A DNA stretch of 64,000 bases from NCBI RefSeq assembly GCF_001194135.2, contig NC_068981.1, forward strand, positions 40,875,193-40,939,192, read 5' to 3'. The first letter of the stretch is position 1, and every line of letters begins with the position of its first letter. Made by a program: the position numbers and the translations under genes. Below are positions 25,267 through 39,315 of the stretch, piece by piece. The DNA comes from Octopus bimaculoides (lineage: Eukaryota). The notes under the pieces were generated by a model. That model was not told the origin of the DNA. It searched no databases and saw only the letters and a program-made list of their open reading frames with translations.

Positions 25267-28200
25267 CTGTAACAAAAATAGTATTGACAGTGACTTTGAA
25301 GTTTTGGCCAGACTGTTATGCAGTTGAGTTAATCTTCACTTTATATAGCCAGGTAGGTAAAATTCTATTGAATGGTAATTAGGTTGTGATGGAGAGTTGT
25401 TATAGAGAAATTTTTTCTCCATTCAATTTAGGGCTATCTTATTATTCAGAATTTATTTATGCATGCGGAACATTGTAAACAGATTCGTAGGTGTGTCAGC
25501 TCCAGGTCATGGGATTGTTTTTGGGGGGTTTCACAAAAGAATGTAGGTAGTTAAAAGGTGTCTTTTGATTAGTGGATGTATCACTAGTTATTACCATTGT
25601 TGGTTATTATTCTATTTAATCCTTTGCTTTGAGAATTTACTTTTTTGTATTGGGATTTTCAAGGGTTTGGTGAACAGGTCATCTTCAAAGGATTGTAACA
25701 ATGAGTTGGGTGATGGACATTTGATCTTCTTAATTCATAGTTGTTGGTGAGCTGTTCTTCCATTCCATCTTCTTCCTTGTGATAAATTTTCTATTGGAGT
25801 CTTTTGATGAAACTTTGTTCTTTGTCATAGTGTTTTCAGCTAATCCTTTTTGCTTGATATTGGTATGTTTTTCATAGACAAGTGTTTTGGGTGTTGCTGC
25901 ACCTTTTCCTGTTTTTCAGTTGTTACAAAAACACTCACATCAGAACAGAGTTATTATATTAATGCTTGTGTTTATATTCAGTTATAGTAAAAACAATTTT
26001 ACATTAATCTGAAGGATTAGAGTAAAATATTTATTATTATATTTCAGGATGGTTATTTTTTATTTTATTCTTTTACTTGTTTCAGTCATCTGACCGCAGC
26101 CATGCTGGAGCATCACCTAAAGTTTTATTTATTTAATTTTTTTGCCAAATAAACACAGGCACTATATATTCATTTTTCACTTCAGATTTATTATCATTCT
26201 TATTTTTATGTCCTTTGTCTGGAAATCTTTCATCACACATCCTGTAACCTCTTCAGTGACTCTCCATCCCATGTGTCTCCTCTTGTCCTGTTTAGTCCAT
26301 TCTGTCTTTCTATGGTGTGTATCCTTATCTACAAATGCTTTTGCGTCTGTATCTATGTATGTGTGTGCATATGTGTACTCATGTCTGTATTTTGTGTGTG
26401 TGTGGGTGTGTTTATTATACTGTTTGTATCTGTGTCCTTTATGTAGTTGTTTTTTCATTTATTTACTTATATATCAATTTTTTTTCCCATTTCATCTTAG
26501 GTTTGTGTGTCTTTTGTGCTTGTGTGTATATATGGGTTTATGTATTATGCTATTGGCATCTGTCTTTTTTTTTCCTCTCATTCTGTCTTTAGTCGTCATG
26601 TTGCCTGGTGTGGTGAAGGTAGGTGCTATTGTTCCATTAGTGTTTTCAGCTGATGCTTGATCTATCTATTACTATGTGTGGTCTCTATAATGTCTAAATG
26701 TTGTGTCTCTATTCTTTAACAAGAATAGTATTGTCAGTGGCTTTGAAGTTTCAGGCAGCTAAGCCATCATCAGACTATGATGCATTTGATTTAATACTTC
26801 TCTTTGGTGAGTCACTATTGTTTTTTCTTCTATTGTTTGCTTCCCATTGCATCCCCTACTCTAGTCTTGAGCCGACCAAATCCTTATGAGTGAATTAGTT
26901 GGTGAAAACTAAAGTCCATCCCTTTTGTTAATTCTTTGGAGATAATTCATACCGAGTTTTCTCTGGCCAGTTTGTCTTAAGTTGGTTTTATTGTACTTTG
27001 TGTGAAATTTCTTTCCACGACTATGGCTGTAATAACAGTATCATTCTGTCCACTCTCTGTATTTCTCCCTCTGTCTACACTCAGTGAATAACTATTTATT
27101 ATTATCTTGTAACTAACATCTAGCAGCTGCTCCTAATGTTATTTAGGCTCCAAGTCAACTCTGACCAAATAGACATTTATGATCAAGGATATTCTAACTA
27201 TGCTCATCCAGTTTCTTTTACAAATATAGTTTATCTCAGACTAGATTATTCAATATGTCCTTTTTTCCTTCCCTGGCACTTGTGCCAGTGGCATGTGAAA
27301 AGACATTCGAGCGAGATCGTTGCCAATGCCGATGGACTGGCTCCTGTGCAGGTGGCACGTAAAACGCACCATTTCGAGCGTGGCCGTCGCCAGTTCTGCC
27401 TGACTGGCCCTTGTGCCGGTGGCACATAAAACACCCACTACACTCTCGGAGTGGTTGGCGTTAGGAAGGGCATCCAGCTGTAGAAACTCTGCCAAATCAG
27501 ATTGGAGCCTGGTGTCGCCTCCTGGTCCACCAGTCCTCAGTCAAATCGTCCAATCCATGCTAGCATGGAAAGCGGACGTTAAACGACGATGATGATGATG
27601 ATGGTAGTGTAATTTGAGAGAATATAACAGTTCCTTCTCGTATGTTAAACAGCTTCATAGATGCTCTCTTATTGGTTCATTGTCTTTTGCTTTGAAGTTA
27701 AGTATCCATTTCAGCTAGAGACTATTTAACTTGCTTGTATCTAGACCAGACCTCATTTATGCACTTTCTATCAAAGTAAAGCCAATGTATGTCTACTTTG
27801 GAGTAATGAACTTTTTGCATTATGGTTAACTCCTTTTTTATTCTATCAAATTGTTGAATCTTACTCAATTTTTAGCTGTTTTTTATTGAACTGTACAATT
27901 AGAGTAGCAGTTGTATTGATAGCTATGAACTTGCTCTTTGCATTAAACTTAGTGCCTAGAACCTTTTGGATTATCTAATGAAGTTCTTTTCTGATAAGTT
28001 TCTACTCCTTGGTGTTCTAATTAGTCCTTCTCCAGTACACCTAGGTGTAGATAAACACCACAGCATTCAAGTTCCTATATTTCTTGTGATAATTGCTGCC
28101 CAGCTTACAAAACTGTAGCTAATGCTCACCAATCATGAGGTGGGATCTTACATATTTGCCCACACCAAATGATATCTCTATTTTGTCTCTCAATTTTTTG

Positions 28201-31200
28201 ACTGTTTAATGTTTCTATTTCATTGGCTGTGCTTCATATTTAATGCATGTCATCCATGTACAGTATGTGGCCAATTCACAGGTTTGTTTTCAATTTCTAA
28301 TAGATGGTACAGTTGAAATCTAACTTTAAGGAGCTAGGGATAAACAGAATAGGTGATAATGAATCCCTTTGGAATAAACCAGTTAATAAATATAACAGTT
28401 GTAAAGATTTCAGTGAACAGACAGTCACTGTTGCAAAATTTTTATCATTAAAGTCTATGGGGAATTGGTCTAACTCCTTCATTTCTTTGTAATTTACCTT
28501 CAAATATTATGGTGTTTCTACAAGAAATCAAAATTTTTAACTAACTACTTAACAGCATTCAAACATACAGTCAATCCTGCAACCTCATTAATCAAAATAC
28601 AGTTTTTATGCCAGTGATTTTGGCCAAGTTGGCATCAAGTATTCTGCTATTTTGCACCCTTCTCTTTTGACCCATGCTTTATTCATTATATTTAATTTCA
28701 AACTTTTTTTTAATTCTGTAAATATGTTTGAAATTTGGTTAGAACATATTTGCACAATCATTAGCATTCTTTCTATGACTTACAGATTTTTCAAGATCAG
28801 TTATAACTGATTTACACATGTTAGAATGCATTTACAACACCTGCATGTTGCATTGTTATTCTTTCACATAAGCCACTTGAACTGACTTTCTCAAACTTTT
28901 GTTGTGTCTATTATTGTTTTTCTATTTTCTCATTGTGAGGAGCTGTAAGTAAAATCGGATATACGATTTTAATAGGAGGAAGTCACTATTGCCACAGGGC
29001 TTTACAAAAATTAAACAAACATATAAAATAATACAATAGGTTTTTTTGTTTTGTTTTTGTGAGGAAGGGCCATCAGATATTGACAGGCTCCTCCTTTGGT
29101 CTCCAAGCCCAGCTTGTTGTTGGTAAACTTGCAAAGGATCTTTCAATGTTTGTCAATTTAATACCAATGGCATCCTGGTGATTAGTTGAAGAGCTCAGTG
29201 TTTATAATCTCCATATTTCTTTGTCAGTGCTATTTTAGCCATTACTTGGTTTATATATGTATTCATTCTTTTTTGATTGATTTCATTTTGATATTTCCTT
29301 TAATCTTTTCTACCTCTACTTATGTTTTTATAATTTTGTTACTTTCATTTATGTTATTTTCTCTATGATTCCTTGTCTTTTCTATTTGTTGATTTGTTGT
29401 TGTTCATGACTATATGATCCAAGTGTTCTTCATTTCTTTCTAAGACAACATTGTGTCTTAAAATTGCTGGTATCACATAAAAAGTACACTCTGTGAAATG
29501 GCTGGTGTTAGGAAAGGCATTCAGTCATAGAAACCATGCCAGAACAGACAGTGAAGCTTGGTGCAGTCCTCAGCCTTACCAGCTCTGGTCAAACCCATGC
29601 CAGCATTAAAAACCGATGTTAAATAGTAATGATGTTGGTGTGTGAATTTAAGATTTTGCTGCTATTTCTAGCAGGTCGAGTGACAACACAAAGATTCTGT
29701 TTGTTAACTTGTCTTTCATTGTTGAAAATATTCTAAGTCACATTGCATTAAAGCTGATCTATTTATAGCTTTAACACAGAGGTTTGAGAACTTTTTGACG
29801 CTGATATTGTTGGATGTGTTTTATTCTTCTAATCTGAATGTTTCTTTATTGAAATTGCTACTTAACATATCCAAACTCAAGTTTGTAAAATTAATTATAA
29901 ACAAACAACTAATTTTCAACATAATAGAATTAAATTTATTTGAAATGTTCAATGAGAAAGTTTAATTTAATTTTTTTCTTGTATGCTTTTAACAAGTGAT
30001 TTGTTCTAAAGTATATGTTGCCAATATTAAACAGTCAGCTAACATCATAGCAAAGTCTGCTGGTGGAGCTCTCTCTGAACTACACTCTATCACCCTTGGT
30101 ATGCCCCAAGATTCAGTTTTGCAACTCACACTCTTCTTTATATATATCAATGACCTATTTGCTATCATCCCCAACAACATAAGGTACTATACTTCATTCC
30201 TTCCTAACCGTCTTTCTCTAAACATCATCCAAATGTAAACTAAACAACACGCACCAAAATCTGCACTGATTCCATCAGCAGAGACCTTGGAAATATTTTC
30301 CAACAATGATTTGCTAATCTTGTCACTTCCGACAGTACAGAGACACAATCACTACAACTGTCAGGAAAACAATAATGCCCCACCCATGAAACATGAACAG
30401 CACACAGCCAAAATGCTCAAGGTTGCTACTAATGCTAGATTTCTCCATCTCTAAGAATCTCTCTTAACAAAGGCACATCCTCAACATAACAAAGACTGCA
30501 TCATAAAGACTAGCTTTCCTCTTCAAAGCCAGAAAAACTCCAATCCCTAATAGTTACTAACTCTCTACAAAGCTCAAGTGAAACATGCAATGAAGTACTG
30601 TTCCCATATTTGGGACAGTAATGCTGTCTTACATATGGATGATATCTTAAACCACATCATAAATTAATGTGGTTTGAGATGAAGTTGCTCACCAATATAC
30701 TCCAGCTTCTTACCCACAGACATGTTGTCTCTTTATACTTTTTCTAACATTACTATTGTAGCCTCTACTCCTTGCAGCTGGCTGGTTTCATGCCTCCTCC
30801 ACTAAAGCACTTTCAACTCATTTGTCTCCTTCTTCTGTTACCCATATTGTGTCCACCACTACACCTCGAACTTCAACCCTCTGAAATCCACAGACACACT
30901 ACTGCTGTCACCTTACAACTACTGTAAAAACCCATATAATTTGCGAATCTGTGTAATTTATGCAGGTGATTTTCAAGATAAATTTTGTTAAAAAAAGCTT
31001 CAACTCCAGTAAAATTCACACCCCAAAGTTTTCAGAATTGCTGATATAGCCAGGGAAAAAAGGTTTTCAATTTAGTTGTATTTAGCAGAAATTCACTTAC
31101 TTATGATTAGATTTTATTCAATTTTCATTAAATAAAAATAATTTCTATTTAACGAGTATCACATTGAAAGCTGTTAAATTACAAAGTGTTTGTGTTGTTT

Positions 31201-34200
31201 ATAATAAACTTTATTTTACATTTCTTGCAAGTGATTATGTCCGATCTTTAGCATACTGCTGTATGTCTTCTCAAATCATGATCACAGGAAAAGTTGTTGA
31301 TAGGAATTACCAACAAAAACAAAGTTGATAAATATGTACAGGTGTAGCAAATTAAGTTTAATTACCAATAAACATCAGCTTGGATGACACTTTACTCAAC
31401 CTATTTTGTAAACAAAATTCTTTTCCACCTATTCTTGTCGGAACCTTTGATACGGAATATCAAAATTTTAATCCCTTTCACACTTATAAAATGTCAAGCA
31501 AACTTAAAAATTTGTCGTGACTGTTATTGTCAGAACTTATGAATCGTTTACTGTGAAGGAAAAATTAAATATGTTGAATATGCATTTGAACATGGCAGTA
31601 GAGCTGCTGGAAGGCATTTTAATGTTGATGAAGCTAATGTTCGAAATTAGCGTAAACAGTACGACAAACTTAAAACTGTGCCTAGTAATAAACAAGCAAA
31701 AATAAAAAACATACAATCAAGATTATCCATATCATTACATTTTTTTCAGTCAGGAATATCCATATTACTATGTATGTCAATGGTGCTCCATTGCGATAGG
31801 TAGAAACTCCAAATAGTGTAAAATATGGCCCAGACTGTATTTACCAGCATGAATGTCAGACTTCAGAAAGTAGTTAACCATTTAATAGTTTTAGTAAATT
31901 TATACAGAAAATCTAAGCATTATACCATCCAGCATAAATAAAAGTCAACTTCATTATATTTAAGCTATTATTTTTTTTCTGTAAAAACCTATTCTAATAT
32001 TAAATGAGTCATCTTCCAGTACGAATGTTTATATTTTGTACGTCTTTTTCCAACAACAAAAAATTTCAGAAAAAATTCTGTAAACAATCTACTCATGTAA
32101 TTTATGAAACCCCTAAAGCTTATTTTTATTTTTGCGGAAAAAGTGCACAAATTACATGGGTTTTTATGGTATTCAAGAATAATATTAACCTGGGCTGGCT
32201 CCTGTGCGGGTGACACATGAGGTTTTTTCGAGCGAGATCGTTGCCGGTGCCCCTGGACTGGCTCATGTGCGGGCGACACATGAATCTTTCGAGCGGGATC
32301 GTTACCAGTACCCCTGGACTGGCTCATGTGCGGGCGACACATNNNNNNNNNNNNNNNNNNNNNNNNNNNNNNNNNNNNNNNNNNNNNNNNNNNNNNNNNN
32401 NNNNNNNNNNNNNNNNNNNNNNNNNNNNNNNNNNNNNNNNNNNNNNNNNNNNNNNNNNNNNNNNNNNNNNNNNNNNNNNNNNNNNNNNNNNNNNNNNNNN
32501 NNNNNNNNNNNNNNNNNNNNNNNNNNNNNNNNNNNNNNNNNNNNNNNNNNNNNNNNNNNNNNNNNNNNNNNNNNNNNNNNNNNNNNNNNNNNNNNNNNNN
32601 NNNNNNNNNNNNNNNNNNNNNNNNNNNNNNNNNNNNNNNNNNNNNNNNNNNNNNNNNNNNNNNNNNNNNNNNNNNNNNNNNNNNNNNNNNNNNNNNNNNN
32701 NNNNNNNNNNNNNNNNNNNNNNNNNNNNNNNNNNNNNNNNNNNNNNNNNNNNNNNNNNNNNNNNNNNNNNNNNNNNNNNNNNNNNNNNNNNNNNNNNNNN
32801 NNNNNNNNNNNNNNNNNNNNNNNNNNNNNNNNNNNNNNNNNNNNNNNNNNNNNNNNNNNNNNNNNNNNNNNNNNNNNNNNNNNNNNNNNNNNNNNNNNNN
32901 NNNNNNNNNNNNNNNNNNNNNNNNNNNNNNNNNNNNNNNNNNNNNNNNNNNNNNNNNNNNNNNNNNNNNNNNNNNNNNNNNNNNNNNNNNNNNNNNNNNN
33001 NNNNNNNNNNNNNNNNNNNNNNNNNNNNNNNNNNNNNNNNNNNNNNNNNNNNNNNNNNNNNNNNNNNNNNNNNNNNNNNNNNNNNNNNNNNNNNNNNNNN
33101 NNNNNNNNNNNNNNNNNNNNNNNNNNNNNNNNNNNNNNNNNNNNNNNNNNNNNNNNNNNNNNNNNNNNNNNNNNNNNNNNNNNNNNNNNNNNNNNNNNNN
33201 NNNNNNNNNNNNNNNNNNNNNNNNNNNNNNNNNNNNNNNNNNNNNNNATGAGGTTTCTCGAGCGAGATGAGCGTGGCCGTTGCCAGTACCGCCTGACTGG
33301 CCTTCGTGCGGGTGACACGTAAAAGCACCCACTACACTCTCTGAGTGGTTGGCGTTAGGAAGGGCATCCAGCTCATCCAGCTGTAGAAACACTGCCAAAT
33401 CAGATTGGAGCCTGGTGCAGCCATCTGGTTTCACCAGTCCTCAGTCAAATCGTCCAACCCATGCTAGCATGGAAAGCGGACGTTAAACGACGATGATGAT
33501 GATGATGAGCTTGTCATTCTCAAAGATTCAACAAAGTCTATAGCACAACTCTTTCTTTTGAATAAATTTTTGAAAAAATGATGCACACAGTGTTATATAT
33601 CCTCTAGAAGCATAATGTTGTGACAAGAGACTTTCCGTAATATTCAATAATCACAAAAATTAATGATCTAAATAATGGCATCTTTGTACATTGAGTTATT
33701 GATATTTAACATAGACACAAATCCATAAACATTGAAGAAGGAAGCAGTTAATTACGTCATCCTCAGGACCTGTTTGACTGAAACTTACTTTATTGATCTT
33801 GTAACCTCAGTGTGATTTGAACTCAGAATATAAAGAGTCATAATTACATGTTACAAGGTATTTTATCCATCATACCAGCTGGTTCTGCCATTCTGGAGAT
33901 TAATTAAATTACTAGCAACTATAATCTCTACCAAAATAAAAATTTTCTTTATTGTTTTTGCTAGAATTTCATTTATTGATTGCACGTGGGTTTTTAGTAT
34001 GAAAACAGGCTTAAAATATTAAATCCTTTTTTTTCTTTTTACTGTTTATTTATTTTGTAGCTTGCTAAATGAAACACTGGCACCAAACACAACAACAAGC
34101 AAGCCTTCAACCACAAAAGTTATGACACTTGAGGATCTTCCTGTGAAGGGATCTGCTGAAGAAGAACATCATAGCAGCTTAACAATTTTTTTCATCCTAT

Positions 34201-37200
34201 TAGTAATTGGTAAGTTATATATTTTCCAAACTGATTTAAATCTAAAACATTTTTAAATACTTATTTCTACCATTTTATATTGTGTGTGCATATGTTATTA
34301 ATATGCTACTACATGTTAATGTTAAAAATTTTCTAACTTTTATAGCTATCTGTATCCTCTTGGTGCATAGTTTAATCCAGACTGATTTCCATTATGTTCC
34401 TGAAAGTATTGTTATAGTTCTTATAGGTAAGCAAATTATTTTCCTAATAATTTTCACACTGTATTATTTATTAGTTTCAGAATCTTTGATAGTAGATTTG
34501 TAGTGGCTGAGCCACCATTCGTAGCGGCTGAAGTGACATGCCATATTACGCTGATATGATGTAGCTGACTGCCAAATGTAGCATGTAGATGTAACACTTG
34601 AAGGTTCCCACATCGGAGTAAGCAGTGAAGAACATTGAAGAATCAACACCAAGAAGGAAGAAATATTATTTACATATGTTTATTCGTTTGCCCGGTAGGT
34701 AGTTAGAGAGACAGCAGAAACTGTAGTGACAGTGACTACAAGTTCACTCGCTAATTGATAGTTGATAGTAAGAAAGAAACCACAGACATTCAAATAGAAA
34801 ACATGTAGCGAGAAAAAACAATGTAGTTGAAAGAATCATACAACATGTGTGCCTACATTAAATATGTTCAATATATTTATGTATTAAATGTGCTAACTTA
34901 TTCTGAAACTATAATAAACTCATAATCGTCACCTCATTTTTATGTCAGCTTTCCATACTGGCATGGATTGGATGTTGCAGTCTGAATCCATTTTTATTTG
35001 AAGTTGCTGCCACCTGAAATGAGTCAGAGGTTCATATCTCACTCATACGTTTTATTTTGTTGGCATGGTTTTGTTGGTGGCCCTTTTCTGAATAGCATTA
35101 AGGGTGTGTGTGCATGTGTGTAAGTAGCAGTACCATCCTAGATGTGGGAGTTGTTAGTATTCCATTGTGGAACACTAACATCTGAGTTATGTAGTGTGTA
35201 ATTAAAAGTAGTGGGGGTTTGAAATATTATCTGGTTCAATGATGTACATCATCGAAAGATTATATGATTAGCTTCTACCAAATTCTATAAAACGTAAGTC
35301 TATCCAAGGCACAACAAGAAAACACTTCCCAAAATACTGCACAATGGGTTTGAACCTGGAAATCACATGGTTCTGAAGTGAACTTTTTAACCCCACAATA
35401 GAACATTCTCCTCAAGTCATCTCCCCAGAGATGACTGTCTGTAGTCATTTTTTAAAGTAAACCCTGACTTAATTTCAGCAATTCTAAGGGATTACTCAGA
35501 TTTTTATTTACAGTTATGAAGTGTTCAAATTTTGGTTCTTTGTAGATGCTCCAAACCAGCAAAGTCACCAGGCCTGAAAATATCCCTTCCATTACCCTCA
35601 AACATTACACTCCAGAGCTAACTCCTGTACTTGCCAAAATCTTCAAGCTCTCTCTCTCTCTCTCTCTCCCCACCAGATCTACTCTTTAGAAACATGTTAC
35701 AGTGTATCTTATTCCTAACAAAGGCAACCCCTCTGAACCTAATACCATCAGTATGTCTAAGAAAATGGAAACAGCCATTAACAAAAACATTCTGCAAACT
35801 CTTCTGTCATTCTCTTTTCTCTGGGGATGTGCCAATTTTGTCTCTTTTGACAGTAAGAAAGCACAAGTGCTATCCATATCATCATGCTACACTCCACTTA
35901 AACATGTACAACATGCTATTAGAGCCCTCTCAATTGCTTTAAATGTTGAGCTTTGTTTTTGACTACAATCTCATCAGTTGAAAAAAAACCCATCCTTAAC
36001 ATAGCTAGGATTGCATCCCAGTGAATGTTCCTTCTCTTCAGAGCCAGAAGATACTTCAGCTCTAAACATCATTGACACTCATCATCATCATCATCGTTTA
36101 ACATCCGTTTTCCATGCTAGCATGGGTTGGACAGTTTCACTGGGGTCTGGGAAGCCAGGAGGCTGCACCAGGCTCCAGTCTGATCTGGCAGTGCTTCTAC
36201 AGCTGAATGCCCTTCCTAACGCCAACCACTCCATGAGTGTAGTGGGTGCTTTTTACGTGCCACTGGCAAACGTCCCAGGGGAGGCTGTCAACAGCCACAA
36301 TCGGTTGGTGCTTTTTATGTGCCACTGGCACGGAAGCCAGTCAAGGCAGCGCTGGCATCGGCCACGTTCGGATGGTGCTTTTTACGTGCCACCAGCACAG
36401 GTATCACAACTACAATTTCCATTTGATTTTCATTTTGATGTTGATGTACTTGACTCAATAGGTTTCCTCAAGCACAGCAGATCACCCTACGATCCAAGGT
36501 ACTTTTGAATGGGCTGGGGCTGGTTATGCAAAACTGGTGTAGGATACAGCCGTGAACTCACTTTATTTGCTGGGTCTTCGCAGTCACAGCATATCTCCAG
36601 AGGTCGCGGTCTTTCGTCATTGCCTCTGTGAGGCCCAACGTTTGAAGGTCATGCTTCACCACCTCATCCCATGTCTTCCTGGGTCTACCTCTACCCCAGA
36701 TTCCTCTTTCTATCTTTTCTAACGCTACTATAATGACTTCTGTTCCATAGTGGTAGCTGGGTTCATGCTGCCTCTACTCAGGTATTCCTGATCCTCTCAT
36801 ATTTTTTATCTTTATTGTGTCCAACCAAGCCCTGGCATAACCACTACACCAAGTTCTTCCTTCTTTAGAACATTGGTCCTCTGGAGCTCCCTCCCTGCTC
36901 TTGTTGCTTGCAGTGTTGAAGAACATTAACATTTCCAATCTCACCAGTCTTAGAAGGTCTGTGAAGCTCTTGGTCACTGTCTTCCAACCCCAGCAAGTAA
37001 AAACAAAAAAGATTGTCGGTATTTTGTTGCAGTTAGTGGGGACTTAATTGCAAATCCTATTGTAGGGTGTTTTGGAGATCTCCATTCAAGGAGGTGAGAG
37101 GCATAAAGGTTGCATGTGGACAAAGTTTATATGAAGAAATGTAATAAGGAATGTGTACACCAAATTATTCAGTGAGCAATTGTATTGTTGAAATATCCCA

Positions 37201-39271
37201 TTTCAAAACACAGGAAACTTACCAAAAAATATCTTAAAAAACTAAGTTTTCAAATAATGTTCATCTTGAAGTTATTATTTATTATAAAAAATTTCTTTCA
37301 GATTTTTATGTACTTTTCTATTTTATTTTTTATTTTAAGGAGCTTTAATTGGATTAACTTTAAAAATATTCAAATTTGGCAACTGGAGGGTATGTATGTT
37401 TTTTTAATTTTGATTCATTCATAATTTAACATAAGTAAAAATTGATTCCTAAAACTATTATCTAATTAAATTTTTATCAATATTCTTTATTTTTGATGTG
37501 TTGACATCAAACATTGATAAATCATTTTTGTCTACACATGTATGCTTATGCTATAATATAATTTACTCTAGATTTATATTGATTTCTAATACTGGAAGAT
37601 ATGTGTTCAAAGAATGTCAATTAATGATTTAACTCATTGGTACATAAACACAAAGTTTTAGAGGAATATAGTTGATTGCATTAACTAAGTACATATTTGG
37701 TACTGAATTTTTTTCACTCTGGAGGGATGAAAGAAAAATTAACTTTGGTTGTATCTTAATTTACTATAGAGAAATATTGCAAACCAACGTGACCCAGCCC
37801 TCTGCTTATTGTCATTTAATAAGAAAATGGTAAATATAAGCATAAGTGAATTCAGATTTTAGTGTTACTAATTGATATTTCATTTTTGATTTAATTTATT
37901 GAATAAAAAAATATAAAAAATTTTTTTTGAAGTATTCTTATTGTAATATTAATGTATAACTTTTTTTATTCCATAGAATGAAGAAGCTTTTAGTCCAACT
38001 ATATTTTTTATTGTACTCCTTCCACCAATTATATTTGAATCCGGATACAATTTACATAAGGTAAAGATACATTTTTCAAATATTATTTTGATTTGAAATC
38101 TCTTTCTCATGTTGAACATTATTATAATTGAGGAAAATTATCATTAGAGTGATGAATTGGTAGCTAGCCTTCAATTTCTATTAGAATGTTAGTACTGCAT
38201 AGCAGATTTTACTATAAAATGTTCATCTGTTAAGTATTGAAAACTATTATATAATAAAAAAATAAGCATATTCTTTTAATATTTACATCTTTTCATCTAC
38301 TTTACATAATATTTTTATTAAAGTATTTGTGTCTGATATGTAGCATATCAGATAATCAATGTGCATGGCTTTCTGATCAAGTTCTGTGTTTAACTTATAG
38401 TAAATGCAAGTTTAACTCCAGTTCTTGTGAGCCACTAGTCTATCAGACATTTTTGCTATTTTCATTCATAAGGCTTGTATAATCAATCAGTAGAATTTTG
38501 ATATCAGAACATGGTATAAGATGGTGTTGATAGCCCAAATTATCTTTTGTACTATGATTGCTTACTTATTATTGTTATTATTATTTTGGGAGGGGATTTT
38601 CATTTTGTTTTAATGAATAAATATCCATGCACTCTTTTAGAAACCTAAGCTAAATTTAAAGTACTTAATTACAATTTTTAAAAATATTTGTTGTGAAACT
38701 TTAAACAGATGTAAATAGTCTTTGTTCACTATTCACCATAAGACAAGTATTCATCTAGGTATATTTACATCATCATCATCATCATCGTTTAACATCCGCT
38801 TGAACGATGATGATGATGATGATATCTATTTAAAAGTTTCACTGCAAAACTTAAGCAGGTATTAATACACTTTGATGAATACTTGTCTTCTGGTGAATGG
38901 TCAACAAATAATGAAACTTAAGGCAATCTTTTTTTCTATATGTGAAGAGAATAACTATATTTTTACATTTGTTTAAAGCTTTGCAGTAAAGGTTACATAA
39001 ACTTATTATTTTTACATTTTCATATTTCAGGGGAATTTTTTCCAGAATATTGGCTCTATTATGGTATTTGCTATTTTTGGAACTGTTATTTCTGCAATGT
39101 TTGTTGGTGGTGGAGTATACCTTCTTGGACAAGTAAATATGATTTCCTAATAGTATCCACTTGCACTAAGAATAAGATAAAATTACTACCTGTTTTTATA
39201 GCAAGTTTATCCCGCCACCTCCAATTTTTAGTTCATGCAATTGAAAAAGACCACGTTATTTATGGGATGAC

Positions 39272-39315
<44 letters not shown>

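Larger units (their letters stand above)
25277..26780 (-). mobile_element. Putative decayed Penelope-like/retrozyme-like element bounded by hammerhead-bearing direct repeats
   Basis: Direct repeats 1,447 bp apart each carry a hammerhead relic. There is no intact ORF between them. The PLE assignment is inferred from ribozyme architecture only. Confidence 0.4.

Noticed and set aside
26221-26262. CUGAAGA...GAAA-GAUUUC on the minus strand inside the putative PLE
   Set aside because: A wobble-rich stem II and a UUC triplet are present, but stem I does not pair. A couple of such core-plus-GAAA hits are expected by chance in 128 kb of both strands.
26142-26660. 172-aa hydrophobic ORF (+) and overlapping ORFs
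   Set aside because: Derived from low-complexity GT/T-rich sequence in an intron; no splice or homology support.
31989-33434. ORFs of 314-481 aa
   Set aside because: Almost entirely X from the 905-N gap.
35948-35977. CUGAUGA-GAU-ugua-GUC-AAAA on the minus strand
   Set aside because: No stem I, and it lies antisense to a LINE RT coding remnant (DYNLIS), so it is coincidental.
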